Source: Azolla caroliniana
Taxonomy: Eukaryota > Plantae > Polypodiophyta
Reading direction: 5' to 3'
NCBI GenBank assembly: GCA_043228905.1
Contig: JBHGNT010000001.1
Location: 32,054,001 to 32,118,000, forward strand
DNA length: 64,000 bases
Every line of letters begins with the position of its first letter. Position 1 is the first letter of the stretch. A program made the position numbers and the translations under genes. Of this stretch, positions 39,701 to 52,460 are shown piece by piece. The notes beneath the pieces are model-generated. The model worked only from the letters and a program-made list of their open reading frames with translations. It searched no databases and was not told the DNA's origin.

Positions 39701-42700
39701 GGCCATGGTGGTTTGTGTGTTTTGTTAATTTATGTCACTTCTTTATGTCTAGCTTTTGTGGTTCATATCCAAGAGTTGTAATTGCACCTCATCAAGTTCT
39801 TACGACAGCTTGAAGGATGGACGTTGCAGGAAGATACGAACTTTTGCGTGACATCGCATCCTTTAGGTACAAGGTTCATGTGTAGCTTAAGAATGGGTGC
39901 AGCTGGTTGAAAGCTAAGTGAATTTCAAATGTTTTACTTTTATGTGAGACATTATTGTGTTTCTGGTCATTGGATTCTTGCAATCCAAGTAATTGATCAT
40001 GATGCTTCCTAAGTTGGTGGGATTTACGAACGTAATGGTTGTTAATGCGTTAGAATGTAGTTCATCAGCACAAATCTCCTCCTGTTATTGTAGTTTGGTG
40101 TTGAGTACTAGCATCAAGCTCTCCACGTGATGCTTCATGAACCATTCTATGAGCTCCACCAAATGAGAAGACAGGGGGTGGCTGGATATGGAGGTACATG
40201 TAGTGAGAGTAATGGATTTAAAATTACCCAGAAAATCACCAAGGTCATGAAGACCTAAAATTATTTTTATGAGGTTATGTGCATGCAAAAACTTGTGTAA
40301 AAACGTTTAATTATGAATCGTCTCGAATATTACGAGGTAGTGCGGCGTGGCTATGGATGATTTGTGGCTTTGACAAGCTTGTGTGACAGAAGAAGGGTTT
40401 GTTAACTCTAGATAACTTTTGCATTTTCATCATCTGATTGCTCGCGCTTTTAAGATTAATATCCTCAGCTTTCTCTCTTTTGTACATGATTGACTCTTCT
40501 TCCGTAGACCTGCACCTCCACTGAAAACATACGGAGGTGTCACCATGGGGTTGAGCAGAGGAATTTGGACGACAATGGAGACTGAACATGAGGATCCAAG
40601 GTACATGGGCCATACCAAAACACTAATTCATGAAAATTTTGCTCACCATGTCCGATCCACCCGAGGACACCTCAGATGCACTCTGTGAAGCTCATCATAG
40701 CCTTCCCTTCCCTACCCTTCCCTTCCTTGACCGCACCACACCAACCAACCTTGGATGCCATGTCTCCTCACCATTACCAATCCCTTACATATCAGTCTTC
40801 AAAATTATTGACCATCTCAAGAACATTCCATGACATGCATCAAGATTGTTAAGAGACCTAGAAGTTTTATTTTGAATCAACTCTATTTGCTATCATGATT
40901 TCCCTCGTAGGCCCATTTCAGTTGCTAGTAAACATGAATATAACTTTCTTTCTTTTACCTCTAAATTTTTGTTTCTTGCATGGGATAATGGATCACCCCA
41001 TGATGGATCTTTTCAAAGCACGGCAATTTCAATTTCAATGATCAGGTACCAAACCTAATTGTTGATTATCCATGCTTCATGAGTGTTAAAAATACATACT
41101 TCTTTTCTTGCAGTTTTAATATTATTCAACTATATTTTATTGATCCTGATTGTTCTGCTGATCATAACTATTGGAATGCATTTGCGTCGATGCATTGCAC
41201 TAGCATTGATGTGACTCCTTCGGGCTGAAATGACATCCATTATTAAAAGTGGTGCTTCTTAACGATAATATCATATTGTCAAATCTAAAATCTATATGTT
41301 GATGTTGAGAAATTCAGTGTGAGTATAAACCCCCACGATCAATCAATTGTGTATTATATGCTGTTACATATATCTATTCTTGTTCCATTTTAGCAAATGG
41401 CTGTGTTTATGTGTTCATATTATATATGTGCTTGTGTGTCTCTATGGTTGTGCATACAAGTATGCGGTTTTAAGTTTGGTTGGCATCAGAATTTTGTTCT
41501 CCAAAAGGGGATGGGTCTCTAAATATCCTCGGTCAATCAATAGCACAGAAGGTTGCATTACTTATCCCGTTTAGTATTAGGCATATTGTGGCACTAGGTT
41601 TACCGAGGTACTTAAAATAACTATAATATCCCCTGATCCCTATCGAATCACAGATTGTAGTTATCGAAGAATGAGTTGAACATTGCAGCACAATCCCAAT
41701 TCAACTAACTCGTTCTTCAAGATGTCATGTGTAAGGCAAAAATATGAATGAAAATGCCTTTTTAACACTAATGTGATATCGAGTCCAAAAGAGGTGGTAT
41801 TACGGCATATTGATGGAATGGTGGGCCAGTGCTACTAGGTAAGTTCATGGCCATATATATATTGGTCCTCCATCTTTGCAAAACTACTAGCAAGGAGACA
41901 GCCTCAAAAAAAAAAAAAATCATAGAAAGAAATTCCCATTCAACATCCAATTCATAACAATGGCCACTAATCAACGTCCTAGAAGCCTAGAGGCATCATC
42001 AATCAAGAATGCATTGTCATAGTTTTTTGTATGAAGTTCAATCTTCAATAGGAACATGAACCAATATATATCTCCTTTACATTTTAACCTATAGTTATTT
42101 CCGTATGTTGAAGTACTTATTGTTAGTGTACCTATCTGGAGTGAGTTATATAGATGAGCTTTGTCCGAACCTTGGTGTTCGAGGTTCTCATTTCGTTTAA
42201 CTCACATTGTGGGTGCTACTGTTTGCTCGTACTTTTTGTTGGGGATTTGGAGGTAACCATTGGTCTTGATTCAAGGGTAGGGGTGTGTTTTTCCATTGTA
42301 CAATGTTGTTAGCCACCTTTATGATTCCTTGGATAGCTTGTGTAGATAATGAAGGTTTTGTCTTATGCTTCTTAGGGGTTTTGTAATTTTTTGTGGGGAT
42401 TTGCACTTCTTACTTTTGCATTTTTTGGTGTCTTTCAAGAGCTTGAGGTGCGATTCCCTTTAACCACTCACCATCTTGGGTTTTTGTGAAGTTCTTCAAA
42501 CTCCTTCATTGGCTTTCTTTCATTGTAGCCTCTTGATCCTTTGACCTCTTTCTTGATCTCAATTATCATTTCGCCCATGTATAGTCGCAATCTAGTTGCA
42601 TGTTGAATTCTACTCTAAGTGCGTAACCAAGAGTGGTGGGACCCTTCATGCCTCCCTTCTTACTATAATAACACCCTTTATGACATCTTCATTGACTTTG

Positions 42701-43671
42701 CCATGTGGGTTGCTTAGATTGGGATGGTACCTTAGGATTAGTCCCTTGACATTTTTGTGTAAGATATTTGTATCCCCTCTCTTGTGGGAAGATATACCCT
42801 TTCTTCATTGTGTGTGGATAGACATTTGTTACCCTTAGGCTAGTATTGTCTTAGGATTCATGCTTTGGATAGTACTCCTAGGGGCATAACCTTCACATAT
42901 ATGCAAATTTTAATATTGGTGATAAAACCCTCAATGAGAACAATCTTGAGGTTGTATGGTAGCTTCGTTAAATCCATGGAGTATATTGTCGCATGTTGAG
43001 AGGCATATACATCCTACCTTTGTTCATGTTTGGAAGAAGATTAAATTATCAAAATCCCTTATGTCTACTATTACAATCATCCCATCTTATCTACTTCACT
43101 GAAGAGGTATTGGAGCCTTGTTGCTTCCCTACTACGTGAGGTAGTAGTGACTTGGTGTGATCCTCTCCTACATACGTTATCGAGTAAATCCCTGTGTGTT
43201 CGTGAAATGAAGTGAGACCGCCGAGCTCCTGGATCAGAAGGACTCGATGTTTTTATTAGTGTAAGCGAGAAAGCATGTAAGATAGAGAGAGACAAAAATT
43301 TGAAATTTGGCATAGTTGAGAAGAGGAAGGATAAGAAGATGTCGAAAAAGATTAAGGAATTTTATTATTATTATTATTATGGTTTTGAACCCTTGGCCTT
43401 TATTTTAAGAGACAAGACACATTACAATGAGATAACTAGAATTTTTATGATTAATTTCTTGATTCGATACATAGCTCCCTTCCTCCTTTTGTCTTCCTTT
43501 CTTATATAGATGCCCCCATGCATATGATGCATGTGAGGGTACAAGACAGGCATATAATGTATGAAATTCATGTGATGCATGATTATCATCTCGGTCATTT
43601 GAGCTCTCATGTATGAAAACGTACATAGGATAAGTATAGTCAAAAGTTTATAACTCTATAAAAAACAAAAC

Positions 43672-43740
43672 TTAGTCTAGTGGTATGTACTTCCTACTTG
43701 GTTCAAAAGGTTATGGGTTTAAGTCTCTCAAATGTCACCT
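43672..43740 (+). repeat. tRNA-like (Pol III A/B box) repeat head; inverted homolog at about 33752-33815
   Basis: TAGTCTAGTGG (A box) ... GGTTTAAGTC (B box-like) ... CAAATGTCAC; a reverse-complement relative lies near 33.8 kb. Confidence 0.45.
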
Positions 43741-45142
43741 AGTTTAATGCTTGAGTTATATATATATATATATATATATATCATAAAACGACACCCACAA
43801 TAACGTGAAATCACTGTTCTTTTCGTTTTCTCCTACTATACCTTATTTAACACGACACCCACCCATCATTTCGTTTTCTCCTACTGTACCTTATTTAACA
43901 CGACATCCACCCCCACAAAACCTGCACATCCACTGGTATGTGCCAATGGTGGTAGAGTTTCTTGTCAATCCTCATCGTCGTTGATGTTTAGTAGCTCTAT
44001 GCAAGCACTTGTCGCTTCTCTTAAAGATTTTAACTCTTTTCCCCACAATTGGTATAGCAAGATGAGTACCATCTAACTCCGTAAGTTGATAAGCAACATT
44101 ATCGTCCACTTTCTTGCTTTCTTGACTACATATGGTCCAAACCACCTGTTTGAGAAATTCTGAGTGGTATTGTGTTGATTGTTCAAGCTATTGTCATAGA
44201 CTAAAACCTAGTCGCCTTCTTCTATCTTCTTCGGGTGAAGTAGGTGTTTTTAATCGAAAGCTTCTTTGTTCTTAGTCGAGCTTTCTTTACATAATCAATT
44301 GCCATTTCAACATCTTCAGGTCTTTCCTCCAGTTGTCGGATCCTTGTGGCTAACAAGTCTTCTTTGCGCATTCCATCTTCCCACGATAAAGGGGCCCATG
44401 AAAAGATGTTTTGCTCTATTGGCATGACAGGTTTCTAACCCATAATGAGCTCTATTGGCATAAACCTAGTGACGGTGTTGTGTTGTCCTATCAGCCCACA
44501 CACATATGATAGCAATCTAGGCCATTCACTTAGCTTCCCAACACAAGACTTTACTAATGCCTTCACGATAGGTTTGTGACCCTGTTTTAGTTTCCCATGC
44601 GCCTCTGAGTTGTAAGGCATAGTAAGTGATAACTTGACCCCAATTCTTGAAAAGAACTCTTTGGATTCATTAGCATCCAACTTGCCTCTATTTGTTACTA
44701 TCTTCCCAACACATCCATATCTACATATGACATCTTCTAGAAGGAATCAACATACTGTTGACGTCGTTTTATTTCTCAATGTTCGACCCTCTACTTGGTT
44801 TGTGAGATTTTCTCTTGCTAACACAAGGTATCTCATTTGCCATAGTCCTAATGACATCACTACAATGTCTACCATCCATTTGTAGTGTATTGATAATGGA
44901 TAGGTGGGGTGAAGCTCATCTTTGTGGTGAATATTCGAGTAAATTTGACATTCTTTGCATGTCTCAACATAACTTGCCACATCTTTGTAGAATCCTAGCC
45001 ACCAATACCTTTCTTTTAACATTGTGAAAGTCACCCATATTCCTTGATGCCCTGCCCAAGCACTATCGTGGAACTCAAGTATAAGTGTTTGTTGCACTTC
45101 TTTCTTGCATACAACACATAATGGAGTTCCTTTCCGTTTCTT

Positions 45143-45508
45143 TGCAGTGCATGTAGGCCCCAACCCCATGGACCATGATCTCGACACCCTTGTCATCGAC
45201 ATATAAAAACCATCATCTCCCGCCATCGTAGGTGCTTCCCTTGCTTTAGAGACATATCCATTATGGATCGCCCTTCGCTAGAGATCTTTCGAAGACAAAA
45301 GCTGCAATATACCTAACTTGGGAATCTCACATGTGCCAAAAACCAGATTCTCTCGTTTTTTTTCTTTTCATCTTATTTACTGTGTAATATTTATTTTATT
45401 TTGATTTATTCTCAAAGACGAGACAACACTTAAGATGTAATCACTTATTTGGTCTTATAGGCCATTTTGGCCTCTTAAAAAACGTTAATATATCTTTCTT
45501 TCTTTCTT
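45143..45508 (+). mobile_element. 5'-truncated copy of the (TTTC)n-tailed repeat inserted into gypsy pol
   Basis: Homologous to about 34430-34790; splits the host peptide HPKK|RKGTPL; flanked by a TTTCTTTG duplication. Confidence 0.85.
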
Positions 45509-46487
45509 TGGGTGCTTCCAAAGGTATCCATCTTTAACGAAGTATTTGTATGATTTCTTTTGGATTTGACGGAAATCCTCATCCATCCACGATTCATCCT
45601 TCTTCAAGGAGGTTTGGTATTTGCCGATTTCTATGAACTCCCCTTTATAATCTTCCTCTTTGAAAGTTGTCAATATTTGAGCACTAGAAGTTATGAAGAA
45701 GTCCAAGCCAATATTTTCTTCATCGGATATGGAGTTTTTCTCATTGTCATATCTTACTTCGTGACAACATATCTGCCACCACATTATATTTTCCTGACAC
45801 ATGCTGTATTTTTGGATTAAGTGACTTGATATACACAATCCATAGCAATATAGCAATCTCAGGAATGGCGCAATTGGAAACAATACCAAGTATGGGTAGG
45901 CAATCTTTTTCGATTATGACCTCCGTTCCAATAAGATAATCGCAATCGGCTTCCACAACAGATACAATTCCTCACATCTCCTTCTTTACTTGAGCATACT
46001 TCCTTTCTCTGTTGCTCAACACCTCCGCACCGAATCGAATCGCATATCGATTCTTTTCTTTGTCTTCTTGATTGATAACCCATCCGATTTTGGTTGGACT
46101 TGTATCCACAGTCACATAAATCGGCTTTCCTTCGGTATAGTTGGCATTTCATAGTGTTGGAGCTTCAAGCAATAGTTTCTTCAAACTTCTTATCACATTT
46201 GTATGCTCCTCTTGCCATTTGAACTTCTTCCTTTTCTTCAGCAATCCATATAATGGCTCGACGACCTTAGCGTAGTGAGGAATCCAGATATGATAAAAGG
46301 CACATGCTCCCAAGAATCTTCGCACCTCTATCTAGGAATACATTCTTCCTTCATCTCTTCCAAAATTCCCATCTCGATCTTCTCTTTCAAGAGCTTGATT
46401 AATTTTGGAATGTGTGCTCTTGGGACTGGTATCGGCTTCGGGTTCCACGACACATGTGGTATTGTGAATATCACCATCGGTTCTATT

Positions 46488-47190
46488 TGTTAGGAATATG
46501 TCCCTCTTGTTGGGGGAGCCGACTGTTCGGGTTGGTAAGAGCCGACTGTCGAAGACAAGGAGTAGCCGACTGTTGGTCAGAGAGAGCCAACAATCGAAGA
46601 CATGGAGAGTCGATTGGGAGAGTTGACAGTAAGTGATCCAAGTCGAAGACATGACCGACTAGTCAAGCCGACTAGATGGTCGAAGACACGGACGACTAGT
46701 CGGCCCGACTGGATACTCGACATAGGAGTTGGCTAATCGAATCGACTAGTTGACCAATCGGTTGATTAAGTGCTACTTTTATTACTATAATAATAGGATT
46801 GATAGTAGTAGGGACTACATTTGTAAATACACTTAGAGCAAACATAGTGAATATAGAGTAGAGTAGAACAGATGTAGTGTTGAACATAACGAAGTGCTGC
46901 TATACAAAGAGAGTGCAGGAAGGAGAGAGACGCAAGAGTGCGTGAGTGAGCAGCACCATAGTTGTGTAACAGTAGACGCCAAGAGCCATGTGTGGCTAAT
47001 ACACTTTGTATTGAGAGTGTTGTAATCTGTTCTCCCGTGTACATCTCTGATATAGTGATTCTCTGTTGCCCGTGGTTTTCACGTAAAATTGTGTGCATTG
47101 TGTATTTCTTTGTGTATTCATTGTTTTCTGTTTCCACGTAGTGATTTTTTAGCATAGCCAAGTCACAGATCGACGATCCCATTCATATCA
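46488..47190 (+). mobile_element. Solo LTR nested in the gypsy element
   Basis: TG...CA termini and 5-bp TSD CTATT (46483-46487 and 47191-47195); removing it rejoins the host DPRIIEPMVIFT; strand inferred from a TATA-like CTATACAAA near 46900. Confidence 0.88.
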
Positions 47191-50100
47191 CTATTATCCT
47201 TGGATCTGAGCATCCAATTTCATTTGGATAGAATACAAATGCTTTCCCATGTCTTTCTAGCATTCCCCAGAATACGACTTCTTCTTCTAGCAAGAGAAAT
47301 TCATCTTTCCCGACAGAAGCTTCTCTCTTGTCTCTTTAGTGAAGGTATGTCTGATTCCTCTTGGATCCCGTGCAACATGCATCATTTTTTACCAATTATC
47401 CTCAGGTAGCGAATAACAACAGGCTTTATTTTCTTGTCCACCGTTTTATATTTTGTGTTAACTTCGACCATCTCAGTCATGATTCTTCGTTCATACTCGT
47501 CGATGGCAACGTATATTTGAATGGAGTTTATCTGAATTATTTGTTGGTTATGACGGCTCAAGTCCACAACATTCTCCATTTCACCAATGGTGTTGTTAAA
47601 TGAGGTTTCCTCCATAGGGGCTACGTATAACCCTCCTTCCATAAATTTGTAAACTTTCTTCTTTCTTGGGGGTATTTGCTTGTTTGGACTATTCACGCCC
47701 CGCTTGCAAATAGCCCGACCTAAAAATTTGAAGCAGCTTCTTTGAGACTATCTCAGTTCCTTTCATGGTTGGCACGTACAATCAAGAACTGTATGACCTT
47801 CTTCCCGTCAATGCCGCACCATTGTTGAACACTTTGGTTTCCATCCGAGATGCTGTTATGTATGGTTGTCCAAAAATGATAGGATGGGTTGTCGAGTCTT
47901 GAACAAAAAAGTGTTAATCTATCTCGACATCGCCAATCATGATGAGGATATTATGACATGCGCCATACAAGTCTTTAGTAGCTTTTTGTTGCCGCACAGA
48001 TCTTCCACCCATGATTTGTATTTATGGGCCATCTTCCCTTTTTGTAGACCTCAATCGACATAAGGTTGATCTTGGACCCATGGTCTATTAATGCTACGAC
48101 TGTTTCTTTTCTTTCTCCCAACTTTACAAGCGTCTTCTCGTCGCTTGTGCCCAATGAGGCCGAGTATAGTGATTGTCCACCATATCTTTATTGACTTCGT
48201 CCATTGCCATTGTTATGGCATTTGTTTTTGCTTTTTGTGGTTTCTCTTCTTCCTTATCTAAATGTTGCCTTTTTCTTTTTACGAGGTCCACGATCATATC
48301 ATGGAACTCCTTTTTCGTAATGCCGAGTAATTCCCTCAAGGACAAGGTCACGTGGCTATCAAGAACACGTTCCTCGAGAATCTTCTTCAGATCTGTCGTA
48401 TGTTCTATGTCCGACCTTAACTTATAGGTAGGCATAGTTTTCCCTTCCTAGAGGGGTCTTCAACATCAACCCTAATGGGTCGAGATGTTTCTTCAACTCT
48501 TTTGCTCGCGTCTCCTTTCTAGCTTGACTCCCCAACCTCCATTCGTAAAGCTCAACTTGTTTCCGATTCTTCTTTCTTTTCTGCATCCCTTGTTTCATGT
48601 CTTTTTGATGGGCCGTCTTGCCCTTCCATTCTTTTTCACTTTTCATCCACGAGCACCTCATGGTTGTCGCACATAACTACCCCATCCAAAGTAACTTTCC
48701 CCTTCTTCTCATACTCGAGAATAGTAGACCAAAACCTTCTTCCTATCCTAGCAGCTTAATTTTTATCTTTCCTGACTCTTAGTTTGGCTGATGCAACATA
48801 GTGCATTGCATCCACATGAGTCGCCTTGGCATCTTCCATCGCTTTCTTCATTCCCCCTCTTCCAAAATTCACCCTCAGGGGTCTTCTAGTTTCACTCAAG
48901 TAGATCATGTTGCCATCCATGTATATGATATTTTGTCTGATGGCCTATTGAAGGATCGCACAATCCCTTCTCATGTGGTCCACTTTGTCGCACCACACAC
49001 ATCTAAAGGGTTCTTCTCCTTTCGGCCCCCGACAATTCATGTTCGCTAGCGTTACCGTCTCGACCTACTTCGCTAATTCTTCAATGATGTCATCAACAAT
49101 CTTCTTTTCGTCCAGGTTGCTTTGTTTAGGCGGCTTGGATACTTTGGGTGGTCTCACCTTTTCTACAGTCGGCCCTGCCAAGTCAATGTCATCAAGCCAT
49201 TGATGACGCTTGTCGAACTTGTTGCACACTCACTTCACCGCAGTTCAGTCTGTCACAAGCCCGTTCGTTTGGGCGTCATCTTCAAGGAGAGTTCCCAATT
49301 CTCGTCTATACTTCACATCTAATTTCATGATTGGATAAGCCATATTTTGGATCTGTGTCATTCGGTTAGGGGACATTCGTTATGAAGATGGAATATTTGA
49401 GCATGAATAGATATCTTTAACTCAACTACTATTTTGCTTGTTCATGGGGTTTTGTTTCATACTTTCAAATGGTTATCAAATGTTAGTCTAATTATCACTC
49501 AGCTCATCAATCCACCGCCACTCAAACTTTTGGATTGTCTTGACGATCAACTTAATTCAACTATTTCACATCACTTTGTTATTGGCTGATCTCGGCTCAT
49601 GTCAATGATCGACTATTGACCTTCATCCCTATTATCGTTGGGTTATAGGCTTGGCTTACTGATCCTCCCACATTTTTTCACCTACTCAATCATCCCATAG
49701 CTCCTTCATAGCTTGCATAATTGTCACTGACGTCCCTAATTGTAGCCATTCCTTGCAAACATGTTTCATTGCCCTCATTGGACTATGCTTGAACATTTGG
49801 AAGTCCTGAAGAATCATGCTAGTGAAGATCATTTATTTCCAATCAAAGAGATTCAAGTTAAGCTTTCTAACCATTTGCATGGTGCCAAGGTTGGATACAA
49901 GTTGGTTCAGGTTGTTGATGAACTTTAATACAAAGGCTGAACTTATTTTGGACACCAAAATATGCACAATGAGTTATATTAGCTTGTGGATATGCTACAT
50001 TAAGCATCTAGTGATTGAGCTAGGGAATTGCAAAGAATTTTGTTAAGTTCCGTACTCTCGTAAGGTAATTTATCATCAATATCTAGGTAAGCCCAAGTTT

Positions 50101-50484
50101 GGATTCGTGCATTGTGACTTGTGGAATTCGGTATGGAAGACGAGGGTTATTGATATGATCATACAAAGCAATACTAATAATTATTCGCATTATTCTATAT
50201 ATCATTGAATTCATCATAATCATTGTGCAGTTCTCATGACAATTATTGTAAGTGTTCACGTGATAGCCAAGTGGCAAGCATGCCAATGGCCAAGTGATGA
50301 GCATGCAGAAATCTAGGGTACTATATAGAGAAGTTCCAATATTTTCAAATATTTTTTGTTCAACACAAGTATTTCAATTAATGATTGATAATACTAGTAT
50401 TTACGGGTATATAATTAACTTTTAATTGTGAGTTAACTCTTTGAATATTCCTCAAATACTATTAATTACGATTTAAATTGGAGG

Positions 50485-50772
50485 CATTAGTCGAAGAGTC
50501 TCTACAAAAACTTGAGATTAACTACTAGATTGTGTTAGGTTGTCAATTCATAAAACTTCTTTGTCTTTTCTTGTTTTCATTGTGGGAGATTACATGCATC
50601 AACATTGGTAGTACCCCACTCCAAGACTTCATTAGTTGAGGAGTCTCTCCAAAAACTTGAGATTAAGCTAGATTGTGTTAGGTTGTCATATCATAAAACT
50701 TCTTTGTCTTTTCGTGTTTTCATTATGGGAGATTACATGCATCAACATTGTTAGTGTTGCACTCCAAGACTT
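50485..50772. repeat. Tandem duplication, about 143 bp x2
   Basis: CATTAGT.GA.GAGTCTCT.CAAAAACTTGAGATTAA...CACTCCAAGACTT occurs twice. Confidence 0.85.
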
Positions 50773-51123
50773 TCTTGTGAAGCATTGTTGTGAAAATGTT
50801 GGCATGTGAGTTCATCTCCTAGAGTAGGTGTTGTACCCTCAACCAAACAATTAGCAATTTGGAATTACGCAACGTGATTGGTTACTTCACAATAATATAT
50901 ATATATATATATATATGAGATCTTGTTACAAATGATTTAGGGTGATCAAATCATAAAAAGGAAATCAATATTACATATTGAACTAATGATGAGCAGAATA
51001 ATGAGAGATTAAGGAAAGGAATGCTTTTAAAGGTGCTTAACCACACCTATCAGTCCCAAGCAAAGGGTATGAGATGATCCCAAACCACTAGGTGTTCTTG
51101 TGTGACATAGGTCTGCCCTTAAT

Positions 51124-51574
51124 TGTTACATGGATAACCATAATTGATCATGAGATAGGTTTTCCGTAGTTTTCCTTAATCTCATGATGAGTATGTGCGG
51201 GTTAATTCTTAACGAAACAAGGGTATGGATTATAATATTTAATTCTATGGTGTGGGATAACTATCAATGTGTTATCAAAGTAGTCAAGTGTGAACACACT
51301 AGGAGCTAGGGTTTATTCCAATATAAGAAGGCTACTATCTTATTATCGAGGGAGGCTTGACTTATGTTGAGACTATGACAGTGTGGTTATATCTCTTGTT
51401 AGCTAAGCACATGTTATACACACAGAACCCAAGGTACGATTCACATCAACCCTCCATGGTATGGAACATCGTGGAGGTTTGGGCCCATCTCACACCATTG
51501 CTAGGGGGTGGTCAGGTGGTTTGGCACCCCGCTTTCCATTCTTTAGTCTATAATTCCTTATGTTAGACTCTAAC
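51124..51574 (+). mobile_element. Solo LTR
   Basis: TGTTACA...TAACA termini, near-TSD TTAAT/TTAAC, homologous to 32610-33095. Confidence 0.75.
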
Positions 51575-51599
51575 ATTAACCCTTTTAAATTTGGCTACA

Positions 51600-52460
51600 A
51601 AATTGGTCCTTAAGGTTATGTCTATAATATACTCATTGTTTCCAAAACATTGGATACTTGCAATGACAAGTCAAAATCAGGGAAGTTAGATTTAAAAATG
51701 TGCTCTTTTTCCCATGTGGCGTCATGGATAGGTCCACAATATCGTGGGGCTAATTTAGCTTGCTTAAGCTTTGGAATTAGAAGGTACATACAAGAAGACT
51801 TTTTTACCAATGTTAAGAACATGAGGATCCCCATTATGATCAAAATAAACGTGTTCTATCTTGAGCATTCTTAATGTTATCTCATGCAATATGTAACATG
51901 TCTTGCATATCCCTCAGAAAGTCTTACATACAATATAATTCATCTCGATGAAAACTAACATCAATATAGGGGGTCATGGTGGAAATCCATAAATCGACTT
52001 AAAAGGATCATATCCACTTGAAGTATCTTTAGAGTTGTTATAACCAAAACTCTAACAAGGGGAGGTATTTGTTGCTATTTTGTAGGTTTCTTCACCACAT
52101 AGGCTCAAAGCATGTCCTTAATTATTTGATTGACTTGTTCAGTTACACCATCAAATTGAGGATGATCTAAAGAATTTATGCTCAAATTAGTTTCTAGCTT
52201 TTTAAAGAGTTGGGTTCAAAAATCTCTAGTAAACTTAGAATATCTATCATTGACTAGATACATCGATAACCCAGTAAATGGGAAGTAGTGAATGAATTGG
52301 TAAGCCATTTCATGAGGTGTTAGCATGGTTTTAGTTAATACCATCTCACAAATTTTATTAGTTGATCGACAACAACCAATATAGGCATGTCCTCTTATGC
52401 ATTTGAAGTAGGCCAAAACATATAAGGCTCCCAAACCACCACAAGTTCTCACTTGTCATA
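51600..52460 (-). mobile_element. Gypsy (chromovirus-like) integrase/chromodomain remnant
   Basis: KLAPRYCGP, HDATWEKEHIFKSNFPDF, LVNDRYSKFTRDF. Confidence 0.7.

Larger units (their letters stand above)
43960..49320 (-). mobile_element. Degenerate Ty3/gypsy retrotransposon (gag zinc knuckle, partial RT, RNase H, integrase) with two nested insertions
   Basis: CVWCDKVDHMRRDC (CCHC); MVIFTIPHVSWNPKPIPVPRAH; IVEKDCLPILG-like segment and GKYNVVADML; FHDSAWAGHQG...YVETCKECQ (HHCC); PYNSEAHGK; many stops and frameshifts. Confidence 0.92.

Noticed and set aside
39780-40620. Exon-like pieces (e.g. GRYELLRDI, kinase-like)
   Set aside because: Too short and discontinuous to assign
43672-43740. Functional tRNA gene
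   Set aside because: A/B-box-like motifs only; no convincing cloverleaf, and a diverged inverted copy indicates a repeat
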